Below are positions 42,013 through 53,163 of a stretch of 64,000 nt of DNA, one piece after another (the first letter of the stretch is position 1; every line of letters starts with the position of its first letter). The position numbers were made by a program, and so were the translations under genes. The notes beneath the pieces were generated by a model. It was given only the letters and a program-made list of their open reading frames with translations, was not told where the DNA came from and did no database searches. Source of the stretch: Bdellovibrionota bacterium (GTDB lineage Bacteria > Bdellovibrionota > UBA1018 > CAIPTA01 > JAALKR01); assembly GCA_965207455.1 (NCBI GenBank), contig CBDBMJ010000001.1, positions 1,792,001 through 1,856,000 of the forward strand, in the 5' to 3' direction.

Positions 42013-42375
42013 ATGAAAACAAATACATCCGATAAAGCCCTGATTCTCTTCCCGCAATCCACTCCCGGAAAAATCCTTCTTTTTATTTTCTATTTTCTCC
42101 TAAGTTTTCCAAGTACCTACTGCCTCGTTGCTGTCTACTTGTTCTCACAATTCAGATCAGCTGCCGCCCTTCATCCTGTGCTATCCCTGCCGCTTATTAT
42201 TCTTATCCTCACCGGCCTTCCTCTCCTTTGTCTTGGGGCTATTCGCTACGTACTCTTTAAATATAATTATCTTACCGTCAAAAGTGCTCCACAAACCTAC
42301 TTCCTAGCACTCTTTGGATTCACAACCGTAGTTCATCTTATCCTAAGCATTTCACTCTACCTTTATGCAACATAG
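42013..42375 (+). CDS. Small membrane protein
   Basis: Three hydrophobic segments. Confidence 0.65.
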   Translation: MKTNTSDKALILFPQSTPGKILLFIFYFLLSFPSTYCLVAVYLFSQFRSAAALHPVLSLPLIILILTGLPLLCLGAIRYVLFKYNYLTVKSAPQTYFLALFGFTTVVHLILSISLYLYAT

Positions 42376-42542
42376 GAAAAGGCCGTCTAAAAAACAAGCC
42401 TCTTTTTACATGCTTTTTTAACCTTTAAGCAGGTTTTTATCCCTCTTACCCATAAATAAATTCAATATCTAAAAATACACTTAAAGGTTTCCGTATTTTA
42501 ACCGTTAGGAAGTATAGATAGAATCAAGGAGGACGTTTTATC

Positions 42543-44971
42543 ATGGAAAATTTAAAAATTCTTGCAATCTCTTGCAATTCATCTTGTTGTCATGGGAAGA
42601 GTGTTGCGAGAACTGCTCGTCACACTAAGTGGCTAAATTATAAAAACTTGCTCCTCTATATAACACTTATTTTCATCACTGGCTGTAGTGACAGCCCCAA
42701 CAATGGGCGACCTGCTATTCCTAGACCAATAATCACGTTAACGGAAGAAACACTTAGTTATTCCACTAATCCCAATCCCAGTTTTTTGGTGTCCAATGTG
42801 GAAAATGGGCATACGGTAACTCTGCACACCGATAGCGCTTGTAGAAGTAAGCCGGTAGCATCCAGCACAGCTTCGAATAATACCGATGCAACTCTAGAGG
42901 ATTCCAAAACAGCTTCTGAATATCTTGGCAAACCCTCTGACAATTCCGTCAAACTCACACTCACATTTACACTTACAACCGGTTTGACCACCAATGGATA
43001 TTATACCTATTACGCAAAACAAGTGAGCAGTTCAGGAAGATCTTCCCCTTGCTCCAATCCTGGTGTGGTATATGAATTTATAAATCCGCTTTCCTTTACA
43101 ATAGCTGAAAGCTATTTTGAGGAGGGCATATACTACTCTAAGATAAAAGCAGCAATTTTTAATTTCTCCAATGTGAGGCGTGGAGCAAATATAAGCCTAC
43201 ATAGTGAAAGTTGTAGTGGAACCTCACAGAGTACATTTTCACAGCCAATCAACGGCGAACTAAGCATAAGACTAGCTAATCCCATCGAGACAATGAAATT
43301 TATACCTATTATGCTAGACATGCGAATGTGGATATGGACGATCCTTTTGATTGCATAGAGATAAGCTATGCGTTGGATAGAATTGCAATTGCACCCAGCT
43401 TAGCTCTGGATAGACTTAAAAGCCTTGGCAACAATACCAACCCAGGATTTTTAGTGTCTAATCTGGAAAATGAAGCCACAGTAAGCCTACATACTGATAG
43501 TAATTGCGAGGAAGAAAGCCAAGTATCTTCTGGCACATTCTCTAGCACATCTTCCGAGGCATCTTCCGACGCACCCTCTGATAACTCCATTTTACTGAAC
43601 GTTGCTCTAAGTAGTGATGGATCAAATACCTATTATGCAAAACAAGTGGATAGATTGGGAAATTCTTCCCCTTGCAGTCCCGGTGTGAAATATAAATTAG
43701 ATACAGTAATTCCCACAACACCAACAATAGCACTTGCCGATGAAAGCACCACTCCTTCTTATAATTTCAAACCCATCTTTGCTCTATCTGGCATAGAAAG
43801 TGGAGCTAGGGTAAGTCTGCATACTGATAGTGCATGCACAAGGGCAAGTCGGGTAGGTTTAAGAGTAGCTAGAGACAGCTCTATCAATTTAGAAATCCTA
43901 CTCAACAATGCAGGACCAGCCACCTATTATGTAAAACAAACAGATATAGCAGGGAATTCTTCCTCATGCTCTATTTCAGGTGTGGAATATGAACTACAGT
44001 TCGATGATAATTTTGTTACCGAATGGGAATTCACCAGTTCAGACAATCTTGAGCTCGACCTATCTGGAACACTGGATTCTATGAACCATTACTATGACTT
44101 CACTGTAAACTGGGGCGATGGAAATTCTGATCGAATTCAAAACATAACTATCCCAATAACTATCCCAAACTTTAAACATACCTACCTCAATGTTGGACCC
44201 CACACTGTAACCCTTAGTATTGCACCTCTTGATAATGATAATTCAAAGAGAGAAGCACCAAGTATACAGTTTGGCCCCTCTTGTACCTCGTACAATGCCA
44301 GTCTTAAAAAAGTCATCAATCTTGGAGATATGAATTGGATTACTTTTGAAAGTATGTTTGAGAATTGTAGTGACTTAACTACTGTGGGCTTTAAGTTCGG
44401 ATCGGATATTCTTGGAGTAAAATCTATGAAGAGTATGTTTAAGGGAGCAACTTCTGCTAACCCGGATGTATCCAATTGGAATCTACATAATGTAACCACT
44501 ATGGAAAGCATGTTTGAGGGGGCTACTGCTGCCAACCCAGATGTATCTAATTGGCGTGTGGCTACTGTAAGCTCTATGAAGAATATGTTTTATGAAGCAA
44601 CCAGCGCTAACCCGGATGTATCCCATTGGGATGTGAGTAGTGTAACCACTATGAAGAGTATGTTTTATAGAGCAACCAGCGCTAACCCGGATGTATCCAG
44701 TTGGGTTCTAAGCGATATAACTTCTATGAAGAGTATGTTTGGCGAAGCAAGTGCTTTCTCTAGTGACAACTACAGCAATTTCTTAAAAAAGCTCGCAACA
44801 GGCTATCTAGAACTCGACCTTGACCTTGGAACATCTGTTGCAAAATACAATGCTTGCGGAAAAAAAGCGCAGGATATACTAACAACTGCGGGTTGGACTA
44901 TTAACGACGGCGGATGTTTTTCTTCAGACTCGGACGATTGCTCTCCAGACAGTTGTTTGGAAAGCTTTTAG
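42543..44971 (+). pseudogene. Surface lipoprotein with Ig-like repeats and BspA/DUF285 repeats, frameshifted near 43290
   Basis: FITGC lipobox; repeated LHTDSAC..YYAKQ.D..GNSSPCS; SMF..A.SANPDVSNW repeats; two ORFs 42543-43358 and 43328-44971. Confidence 0.75.
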
Positions 44972-45119
44972 GGTCTTTACCCGAGTCTCTCACTCCGTTA
45001 TCCTGCAAAGTCAAAAGCAAGATACCAAAAAATGTATCTTTCTTGCTCTTATACATTGACGCAGCGCAAATATTCCTGTACACTTCAACAAAATAACAAA
45101 AACATAAAAAAGGAAGACT

Positions 45120-45284
45120 ATGAAAAATGAAAAAATGGGAACAGTCGAAGCCCAACCAAATCGTAGAACCCAAGAGGATCGCAGGGATCCGCAGAATCGC
45201 AGAGATTCCCAAGATCGCAGGCAGCAGGGAGAACGCAGGGATCCCCAAGATCGCCGAGGCCCACAGGATCGCAGGGATCCATAG
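45120..45284 (+). CDS. 54-aa DRR-repeat protein, not in the ORF track
   Basis: AAGGAAG RBS; 18-bp repeats read QEDRRDPQNRRDSQDRRQQGERRDPQDRRGPQDRRDP. Confidence 0.6.
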   Translation: MKNEKMGTVEAQPNRRTQEDRRDPQNRRDSQDRRQQGERRDPQDRRGPQDRRDP

Positions 45285-45404
45285 GATCGCAGGGATCCAT
45301 AGGATCGCAGGAATTAAGTTTGCCGTAGCGACCAATAGACCCTTGCGCCCTTGGATTTTTCGTCCTATCGTAGCTCATTATAGCTGAACAAAAGGAGTAA
45401 AATT

Positions 45405-46469
45405 ATGGAAACAACCACAACCCACGACGATGTAAAAAAATACTACGGAGAATCCTTGCAATCTTCCAAGGATCTAAAAACAGGAATTTGCTGTTCCATG
45501 GAGGCCATGCCCATCCACAGTCGCGAAGCCCTGAAAAATGTTCACCACGAAGTCCTGGACCGTTTCTATGGTTGCGGATCTCCCATCCCACCCCTTGTAA
45601 AGGACGCACAAGTCTTGGATCTTGGCTGCGGCACTGGACGGGATTGCTATATATTAAGTCAACTCGTTGGACCCAACGGATTCGTAACGGGCGTGGATAT
45701 GACCCAGGAGCAACTCCAGGTAGCCGAAAAGTACATTCCATGGCATATGGAAAAATTTCAATATTCCAAACCAAACGTGGCCTTTAAGCATGCCTATATT
45801 GAGGACTTAAAAGCAGCGGATATCGCCGATAACAGTATGGATTTGGTGGTATCCAATTGTGTAGTGAATCTTTCACCGAACAAAGAAAAGGTACTGGCAG
45901 AGATATTTCGAGTGCTAAAGCCTGGGGGAGAGTTATATTTTTCCGACATTTTCACCAACCGAAGGGTTCCAGAAGAGTTGAAAAAAGACCCCGTTCTTAG
46001 AGGTGAGTGCCTAAGCGGTGCTCTCTATATAGAAGATTTCCGACGACTCCTACGAAATAATAATTGTCTGGACTACCGAACAGTAAACACTGCTCTCGCT
46101 CCCCTAATGGATCCGAAGATTATTGCCAAACTGGGTATGATAGATTTCTACTCGCTCACGATTCGCGCCTTCAAGTGCAACTTTGAAGATGTCTGCGAAG
46201 ACTACGGTCAGGTGGCATGGTACAAGGGCACCATACCTAGCAACCCCCATAGTTTTGTCCTGGACGACCACCACGAATTTAAAACGAACCAGCCCATGCT
46301 CGTGTGTGGCAATACAGCAAAGATGATTAGCGAAACTCGCTATGGAAAGCATTTCCGGGTGGAGGGAAACACGGACACGCACTACGGTGCCTTTGATTGT
46401 GCTCCCCTCGGTTCTAGCGAAAAACACTCTAACGAAAAATCATCGACCACAACCAGCTCTTGCTGCTAA
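45405..46469 (+). CDS. arsM: Arsenite methyltransferase family protein
   Basis: YYG..DLKT..CC, FYGCG, LDLGCGTGRD, SNCVVNL, GECLSGA, terminal CC. Confidence 0.88.
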   Translation: METTTTHDDVKKYYGESLQSSKDLKTGICCSMEAMPIHSREALKNVHHEVLDRFYGCGSPIPPLVKDAQVLDLGCGTGRDCYILSQLVGPNGFVTGVDMTQEQLQVAEKYIPWHMEKFQYSKPNVAFKHAYIEDLKAADIADNSMDLVVSNCVVNLSPNKEKVLAEIFRVLKPGGELYFSDIFTNRRVPEELKKDPVLRGECLSGALYIEDFRRLLRNNNCLDYRTVNTALAPLMDPKIIAKLGMIDFYSLTIRAFKCNFEDVCEDYGQVAWYKGTIPSNPHSFVLDDHHEFKTNQPMLVCGNTAKMISETRYGKHFRVEGNTDTHYGAFDCAPLGSSEKHSNEKSSTTTSSCC

Positions 46470-46478
46470 CATATAGTT

Positions 46479-47114
46479 GTGCCTAAAATATCTGCTATTA
46501 TTCCTTCCTACGGAGACAACAAACAGACGGGCGTTCTCTCCTTTCTCCACTCCCTAAACGATCCTGATTTGGAGATAATAAAATGCGAGGGAAAAAGCCG
46601 ACCCCACTCCCTTAACTCTGGAGCGCAAAAGGCCACAAGCCCCTTTCTATGGTTTATCCATGCGGACACCACTCTCGACAAGCGCCACGTCCATGCGCTA
46701 AAAAAATCCTTGGAAGAAAATCCCCACTGCCTACACTACTTCGACCTAAACTTCGACACCACGGACGGAGGAAAACTCACCAAGCTCAATGCATGGGGAG
46801 CGAACTACCGATCCCGCATTCTTGGTATTCCCTGGGGAGATCAGGCACTATGCCTGTCCAGTACAATTTTTCAACAGTTAGGTAAATACCCAGAGGACGC
46901 TTCCTATGGAGAAGATCATCTTTTAGTCTGGCATGCGCACCAAGCCCTAGTGCCTTTGCGACGAATTCCTCTATCCGTAACCACGAGTGCAAAAAAATAT
47001 AAGGGAAGCAAGTGGCTGCCGCTGACTGTTCATCGTCAGTATAAATGGATAAAGCAAGCCATCCCAGAGTTCGCAAAGTTGGTGGCGATACGGGGGAAGA
47101 GAATCTTTAAGTAA
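46479..47114 (+). CDS. GT2 glycosyltransferase, TIGR04283-like
   Basis: LNSGA, FIHADT, PWGDQ, ED, TTSA. Confidence 0.8.
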   Translation: MPKISAIIPSYGDNKQTGVLSFLHSLNDPDLEIIKCEGKSRPHSLNSGAQKATSPFLWFIHADTTLDKRHVHALKKSLEENPHCLHYFDLNFDTTDGGKLTKLNAWGANYRSRILGIPWGDQALCLSSTIFQQLGKYPEDASYGEDHLLVWHAHQALVPLRRIPLSVTTSAKKYKGSKWLPLTVHRQYKWIKQAIPEFAKLVAIRGKRIFK

Positions 47115-47125
47115 ATACGGTTCTC

Positions 47126-47662
47126 CTAGAACCGTGAACAGAACTTTGGAAAATCCTTTAACATTTTCTCCAAGAGACCCTTTAAAAATGGATCATCCAC
47201 TTCAGTACCATCCACACTGAGCTTGTCGTTAACCCTGGGAAATAAAACAAATTGATTAAATAAAAACGCATTTCGGTATTGGTAGATAGCCTGTAAATGG
47301 TTGACGGATCGAGCGGCTCCTGCCATGCCTGCAGCCACACCCACAAAAGCACAGGGCTTGCCATTTAAACTCTCAGGGAATTTCAATAAGTCTATGAAAT
47401 ATTTTAAAGCACCTGGGAAAGAGCCGTTATACTCAGGAACCACCGTAATAATCCCCTTGGCTGCCAGTATCTTCGTCTGAAGAGGTTCGATCTCTTTGGG
47501 TTGCGTGTCGTAGGACTCAGGTTCAAAAATTCCTTTTGGCAATGTGCTTAAATCAATCAAAGACACTGTTGTATCGTTTTTTTCTAAGTAAGCTTCAACA
47601 ATTTTTGCCATCTTTAGCGTATTGGATCCTTTGCGATTAGTGCCTGAAATAATTGCAATCAT
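47126..47662 (-). CDS. NADPH-dependent FMN reductase
   Basis: SGTNRKGS, PEYNGSFPGALKYFID. Confidence 0.92.
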   Translation of the reverse strand: MIAIISGTNRKGSNTLKMAKIVEAYLEKNDTTVSLIDLSTLPKGIFEPESYDTQPKEIEPLQTKILAAKGIITVVPEYNGSFPGALKYFIDLLKFPESLNGKPCAFVGVAAGMAGAARSVNHLQAIYQYRNAFLFNQFVLFPRVNDKLSVDGTEVDDPFLKGLLEKMLKDFPKFCSRF

Positions 47663-47676
47663 ACTCTCCTCTTACA

Positions 47677-49062
47677 CTACAGTAGCGAAAACAAAAACTT
47701 TATATCTTGATCGTTGAAGTGAATTCCCGCTCCAAAGAAAAAGGGAATGGAGCCTTCATACTCCCTAAGATCATCCACACCGGCTATTACATAAGCACTC
47801 ATAAACACCTGAGCACGGGCATAGATTCGGAAGGAAAGGGAACCCTCTTTCGACGATTCTCCATACAACTCTCCATGCACTCCGTAACGACGTTCTTCAT
47901 CCCACCAAAACCCTGCACCCAACATGCCTGCATCCTCCAACAAACCGACCCTCAGATCCAAAGGACCAAAATACCTTCCCAGCACTGCTGTGATTTTTAA
48001 TCCAGATTCCTTGTTCACCACTTCTTCCTTCACAGTGGCTTGTCCTCCATCCACCACAGTGGTAGTGGTAGTACGCTTTTTCCTACCACGAACATCAGTG
48101 GACAAACCCAGTAAATAATAACGATCAGGGTGGGGTTGGATATTAAAAAATATGCGGCTCTTTGCTCCACCATAGGCATTCACCTGCCATGCAGACAAGT
48201 CCACAAAGAGTTGTAATCTCCCAGCCTTTCCCAGCAGTTCGTTTAGACTCTTGAGTGCAGCCACGGCCTCTTCATACAATCCTTCCTCGTTCACAAGTTT
48301 TCCGATGTTCCCTTTATTGCTATTCATTTTTCTTAAAATACGTTCCAGCTGGCGCATGGAATTCTTTAAGGCTTTCACGGAAATTGTAAGGTTTCTTTTT
48401 ATTCCTCCCTTTCCGCCCAACATTTCGGCCAGATCCTTGGATGCACGGTTAAGGTTCTTTCCCATCCGATCAAAGTCAATTTTACTCGTTACTTTTCTTA
48501 AATCTCCTACTAAAAAAGAAAGCTCGTCCAATAGTTTCCCCACTTTTCCCAGAGTGTCTGAAAGTCGCATTTCTCTGGACGCACTTAAAACCTTATTTTT
48601 TCTAATTTTGCTTTGAGCTTGTGCCGATGGAATGAGGAAATTCCAAAAGGACTGCTCCTTCTCAGAAGCGGCAGGAATTCGGTTACGCTTCTTTATTTTT
48701 TGGTTCTGTAGTTCACCTGACGGTGTGGCGTCCAATGGCTTTAACTCCAGGAAACGATCCCCAAGAAATCCCGACGATCGCAAATATGCTTTTGTATCCG
48801 GACGCAGCTTCACTGGCGACGTAATGCACACATCTAATAAAACTTTTTCACCATCTAAGCTAACAGCATTAATATAGCCAATATCTAGACCCAGTGTTTT
48901 TACCGCAGATTTTCTTCGCAAGCCAGTGGCGTCATCCACAGTAATCACCACGTTATTGCAAGCTCGGTACCAAAAGGGCTTATCATTTACAAAAATACTC
49001 ATCCCAACGATAAACGCCAAGCCGAGTAAAGTAAAAATGCCTAGTCTAATTTTTCGATCCAT
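47677..49062 (-). CDS. mlaD: MCE/MlaD family protein, long form
   Basis: TM, DATGL, GFLGDRFLEL, coiled coil; in mlaEF operon. Confidence 0.88.
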   Translation of the reverse strand: MDRKIRLGIFTLLGLAFIVGMSIFVNDKPFWYRACNNVVITVDDATGLRRKSAVKTLGLDIGYINAVSLDGEKVLLDVCITSPVKLRPDTKAYLRSSGFLGDRFLELKPLDATPSGELQNQKIKKRNRIPAASEKEQSFWNFLIPSAQAQSKIRKNKVLSASREMRLSDTLGKVGKLLDELSFLVGDLRKVTSKIDFDRMGKNLNRASKDLAEMLGGKGGIKRNLTISVKALKNSMRQLERILRKMNSNKGNIGKLVNEEGLYEEAVAALKSLNELLGKAGRLQLFVDLSAWQVNAYGGAKSRIFFNIQPHPDRYYLLGLSTDVRGRKKRTTTTTVVDGGQATVKEEVVNKESGLKITAVLGRYFGPLDLRVGLLEDAGMLGAGFWWDEERRYGVHGELYGESSKEGSLSFRIYARAQVFMSAYVIAGVDDLREYEGSIPFFFGAGIHFNDQDIKFLFSLL

Positions 49063-49078
49063 TTGCTCTCTCTCCTAT

Positions 49079-49855
49079 TCATAATTCAGGTTGGTCGTAA
49101 GAAAAAAATTCATGAATATCCTGGTCCTCTAGTTTAAAAATATCCTTCGGCTTTCCAGAAAACTGAACCTTGCCATCCTTTAAAAACGCTAACTCCTCTG
49201 CCACATTAAACGCCACCCGAACATCGTGACTAATAACAATGCTGGTTAAATTATACTTCTTATTCGTATACTTAATCAACTGAGAAACCATCCGAGTGGT
49301 AATCGGATCGAGACCCGTGGTTGGCTCGTCGTACATAATAATGGAAGGTTTCAACGCTATGGCTCGAGCTAACGCCACTCGCTTGCGCTGTCCACCAGAA
49401 AGCTCTGAGGGCATCTTGGAAGAGTGCTCTGCAGAGAGTCCCACGGAATCCAAAAGCCTCTCCACGTCTTCCCGGATCTCTCTTGTGGTTAACTCCAATT
49501 GCTCCACCATGGGGAAGGCGATATTGTCGTAAACACTCATGGAATCAAACAAAGCTCCATGCTGGAATAAAATACCCATATCCCTGCGAATTTCTTTTAT
49601 CGTCCTTCTGTCCGCATTATGCATGCCCACACCGTTGATAAAAATGCTTCCACTATCAGGACGAATAAAACCCATAATTTGCTTCAGGAGAAGGGATTTG
49701 CCCGCACCTGATCCGCCCATGATATAAGTAATTCTCCCTTTTTTTATTTTTAAGTTTACTCCTCGGTGAATATGAAACTCCCCAAAACTTTTGTACAAGT
49801 CTTGAATTTCGATCCCATGGGATTCTTTATTGATAGTAGAGGTTGCTGGGGTCAT
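49079..49855 (-). CDS. mlaF: MlaF ABC ATPase
   Basis: GGSGAGKS, FQHGALFDSM, LSGGQRKRV, YDEPTTGLDP. Confidence 0.92.
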   Translation of the reverse strand: MTPATSTINKESHGIEIQDLYKSFGEFHIHRGVNLKIKKGRITYIMGGSGAGKSLLLKQIMGFIRPDSGSIFINGVGMHNADRRTIKEIRRDMGILFQHGALFDSMSVYDNIAFPMVEQLELTTREIREDVERLLDSVGLSAEHSSKMPSELSGGQRKRVALARAIALKPSIIMYDEPTTGLDPITTRMVSQLIKYTNKKYNLTSIVISHDVRVAFNVAEELAFLKDGKVQFSGKPKDIFKLEDQDIHEFFSYDQPEL

Positions 49856-50615
49856 AGGGTAAAAACGCGGTTAAAATATAGTCACTAAATAGTATCAGCA
49901 GGCAACTCACTACAACAGCCTTATTCGTAGCCACACCCACACCTTGGGCACTATTGCCCGCAAAATAACCGTAGAAGCAACCCATAAAACTAAGGAAAAA
50001 ACCAAAGATGGCAGCCTTAACACCTCCCTGCCAAATATCATTTACATCCACTCCCCAGGCTAGGCTGTCCCAGTAGACTGCTCCGTCCACTCCCAGTATT
50101 CCAGTGCCGATAAAATATCCTGAAACGCAGCCGACGAAAAGAAAATATCCATACAATAGGGGCATGCTCACCACACCAGCCAGTATTCTTGGCGTCACTA
50201 AGTAATTATGGGGTTCCGTGCCCAGCGCTTCCATTGCGTCCAACTGTTCAGTCACCCGCATGGTAGCAATTTCAGCGGCAATAGCTGCTCCTGCCCGTCC
50301 TGCCACCATAATGGAACCCACAACGGGAGCTAATTCACGGGAAAGGGCCAAGCCCACCGAGGTGCCCAAAAAACCCTCCATACCAAAGCGACTCAATACC
50401 ACAAAGGACTGAAACGCCATCACTGCTCCAATAAAACAAGCGCTCCAGGTAATAATCGACAAAGACTGAAAGCCAATGAAATCCACCTGTGCTATAAAAA
50501 TCCCAAAGCGTTTATGAATTTTTCGCAAACCATAGAAGGACTGGACGGCAAAATCGGTGATTTCGCCCAACAGGTTCAATTTTTTTTTCAGAAGGAGAAT
50601 AGGCGAGTGGAGCAT
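49827..50615 (-). CDS. mlaE: MlaE permease
   Basis: RELAPV..AGRAGAAIAAEIATMRVTEQLDA. Confidence 0.95.
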   Translation of the reverse strand: MLHSPILLLKKKLNLLGEITDFAVQSFYGLRKIHKRFGIFIAQVDFIGFQSLSIITWSACFIGAVMAFQSFVVLSRFGMEGFLGTSVGLALSRELAPVVGSIMVAGRAGAAIAAEIATMRVTEQLDAMEALGTEPHNYLVTPRILAGVVSMPLLYGYFLFVGCVSGYFIGTGILGVDGAVYWDSLAWGVDVNDIWQGGVKAAIFGFFLSFMGCFYGYFAGNSAQGVGVATNKAVVVSCLLILFSDYILTAFLPYDPSNLYYQ

Positions 50616-50721
50616 ATCCTATAGTCTGGCACTACGCATTTGTTTTGTCACATAAAAATAAAAAATCGAGAGGATTTCCTTGGTTTTTTGAAAAGATATG
50701 ATACCTTGCATAAATAGAAAG

Positions 50722-52518
50722 ATGAATATTCAAAGAGTTCGAAATTTTTCTATCATTGCCCATATCGACCACGGGAAGTCGACCCTAGCCGATCGACTCC
50801 TGGAATTCACCGGTTCCGTAAGCAAGCGAAATATGGAGGAACAGATCCTGGACTCCATGGACATTGAGCGAGAGCGAGGAATTACCATCAAAGCCCAAAC
50901 CGTGCGAATGCACTATAAAGCAAACGACGGAGAAACCTATATTCTAAATATGATCGATACGCCAGGGCATGTGGATTTTTCCTACGAGGTATCCCGTAGC
51001 CTTGCTGCTTGTGAGGGGGCTATTCTCATCGTGGACGCTGCCCAAGGTGTGGAGGCTCAGACCTTAGCCAATACATACTTAGCCCTGGAAAACGATCTGG
51101 AAGTGTTTCCCGTTATTAATAAGATCGACCTGCCCAATGCAGACCCTAAAAGCGTGATGGAGGAGATCGAAGATGTGATCGGTTTGGACGCATCCGACGC
51201 TCCACAAATTAGTGCAAAAACGGGTTTGCATATAGAGAAAGTTTTAGAAGCTATTGTGGAAAAGATTCCTGCTCCCAAGGGTGAGGCAAAGGCTCCTCTC
51301 CAGGCGCTGGTGTTTGATTCTTGGTTTGATAATTACTTAGGTGTTATTGCCTTGGTACGGGTGTTTTCGGGAATCATAAAAAAGGGGCAACGAATCCGTA
51401 CGTACCACACGAATATACAAATGGAGGTAAGTCGTCTTTCTTTTTTCACTCCTGCCACGACAGAGACGGAAAGCATTTCCTGTGGCGAAGTGGGAGCTGT
51501 AATTACAGGACTGAAAAATCTAAAAGACATTCAAGTGGGAGAGACAATCACCTGTGCACAAAATCCAACAAAGACTCCCCTGCAAGGTTTTCAATCCACT
51601 AAGCCCATGGTTTTTTCTGGAATTTATCCCATCGATTCAGACGCCTACCCTGCCCTAAGGGAAGCCTTAGAGAAATTACAACTCAACGATAGTTCTCTTT
51701 CCTTTGAGCCAGAGACATCGAAAGCCTTGGGGTTCGGATTTCGTTGTGGTTTTCTGGGGCTGCTTCATATGGACGTGGTCCAGGAGCGCCTAGAACGGGG
51801 CTTTGATCTGAATCTTATTACTACGGCACCGTCGGTGGTGTATAAAGTAACCACAAGATCAGGCGAGGTTTTATCCATATCCAATCCCACTGAAATTCCG
51901 CCGGTCGGAGAGATCGAAAAAATAGAGGAGCCCTATATTCAATGTGTGGTACACACTCCCAACGATTATGTGGGACAAATTTTGGGTTTATTTCAAGCGC
52001 GACGGGGAACACAGGTTGGAATACAGTACTTAACCCGGGATAGGGTATCCATTACTTATGAGATGCCTCTCAACGAGATGGTTTTTGACTTTCACGACAG
52101 GTTAAAGAGCGCCACCCGTGGTTACGCTTCCATGGACTATGAGCCCATAGAGTACCGGGTGGGAGCGCTGGTGAAGTTAGATATTATGCTCAACGGAGAT
52201 GTGGTGGACGCACTCTCTATGATTGTACACAAAGACAAATCCTATAACCGTGGACGAGAGATAACCAAAAAGCTCAAAGATATTATTCACCGACAGATGT
52301 TTGAAGTGGCCATTCAAGCCACCATTGGTGCAAAAATTATTTCCAGAGAAACGCTCAAGGCGCTCCGAAAAAATGTAACGGCTAAGTGCTACGGTGGAGA
52401 CATTACAAGAAAAAGAAAGTTATTAGAAAAACAAAAAGAAGGAAAAAAACGAATGAAGCAGATTGGATCCGTGGAGATACCTCAGGATGCCTTCCTTGCC
52501 ATACTAAAGGTGGACTAG
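50722..52518 (+). CDS. lepA: Elongation factor 4
   Basis: [38 protein letters not shown]. Confidence 0.99.
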   Translation: MNIQRVRNFSIIAHIDHGKSTLADRLLEFTGSVSKRNMEEQILDSMDIERERGITIKAQTVRMHYKANDGETYILNMIDTPGHVDFSYEVSRSLAACEGAILIVDAAQGVEAQTLANTYLALENDLEVFPVINKIDLPNADPKSVMEEIEDVIGLDASDAPQISAKTGLHIEKVLEAIVEKIPAPKGEAKAPLQALVFDSWFDNYLGVIALVRVFSGIIKKGQRIRTYHTNIQMEVSRLSFFTPATTETESISCGEVGAVITGLKNLKDIQVGETITCAQNPTKTPLQGFQSTKPMVFSGIYPIDSDAYPALREALEKLQLNDSSLSFEPETSKALGFGFRCGFLGLLHMDVVQERLERGFDLNLITTAPSVVYKVTTRSGEVLSISNPTEIPPVGEIEKIEEPYIQCVVHTPNDYVGQILGLFQARRGTQVGIQYLTRDRVSITYEMPLNEMVFDFHDRLKSATRGYASMDYEPIEYRVGALVKLDIMLNGDVVDALSMIVHKDKSYNRGREITKKLKDIIHRQMFEVAIQATIGAKIISRETLKALRKNVTAKCYGGDITRKRKLLEKQKEGKKRMKQIGSVEIPQDAFLAILKVD

Positions 52519-52521
52519 AGG

Positions 52522-53163
52522 GTGAAAAAAGGAATTCTCAAAAAAATCATTATCACCATTTTGTTAGCTCTTTTGCTGCGTTCCTGTGTTTTGGAGACGT
52601 TCAAAGTTTCTGGTACCACAATGGCTCCGTCCGTATTTCCTGGAGATAGTATTATTATACAAAAGATGGCCTACGGCCTACGCACTCCTGGCCCAGGCAC
52701 TCTGCTCATACAATGGTCTTCTCCTAAAGTGGGCGACATTGTGGTTTTAAACAACGTGAAAAAAACATCTATCATCTTATTGCGAAAAATCGTTGCCCTA
52801 CCTGGGGAATCTGTGCGCGTGGATAAAACAACGGTGTCCGTACTACGCAACAGAAGGTGGTTACCCATTCATTGGCCAAACAACACAAGTGCCACAGACA
52901 CAAGTGCCACAGACACCAGTGTCACAGACACCAGTGTCGTGGACACCAGTGTCGTAGACATCCCCATCACAATTTTAGGCAAGGGAGAGTATTTTGCTCT
53001 TTCCAACAAAAGGCTTGGGGGTCCGGACAGTCGAGATTTTGGTCCCATTCGCTTACGTAATATTGTGGGGAGGGCCTCCCACATATGGATACCCTCTTCG
53101 GAGAAAAAATTGTATAATGGGAAGGAAAGGAAAGCACGTCACTTTCTTGAAAGGTTAAAATGA
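52522..53163 (+). CDS. lepB: Signal peptidase I-like protein, divergent active site
   Basis: Follows lepA; GDIVV, ALPGE, DSRDFGP, IVGRA. Confidence 0.8.
   Translation: MKKGILKKIIITILLALLLRSCVLETFKVSGTTMAPSVFPGDSIIIQKMAYGLRTPGPGTLLIQWSSPKVGDIVVLNNVKKTSIILLRKIVALPGESVRVDKTTVSVLRNRRWLPIHWPNNTSATDTSATDTSVTDTSVVDTSVVDIPITILGKGEYFALSNKRLGGPDSRDFGPIRLRNIVGRASHIWIPSSEKKLYNGKERKARHFLERLK
52885..52959 (+). repeat. 5 x 15-bp in-frame tandem repeat
   Basis: Units encode TSATD, TSATD, TSVTD, TSVVD, TSVVD. Confidence 0.95.

Noticed and set aside
45282..45302. Amber recoding to Gln
   Set aside because: TAG terminates conserved genes here, such as lepA
45170..45312. CRISPR-like array, or Cys-rich (DPCDPM) and RIAGI ORFs
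   Set aside because: Contiguous 18-bp tandem repeat without spacers; the DRR frame has the best-placed RBS
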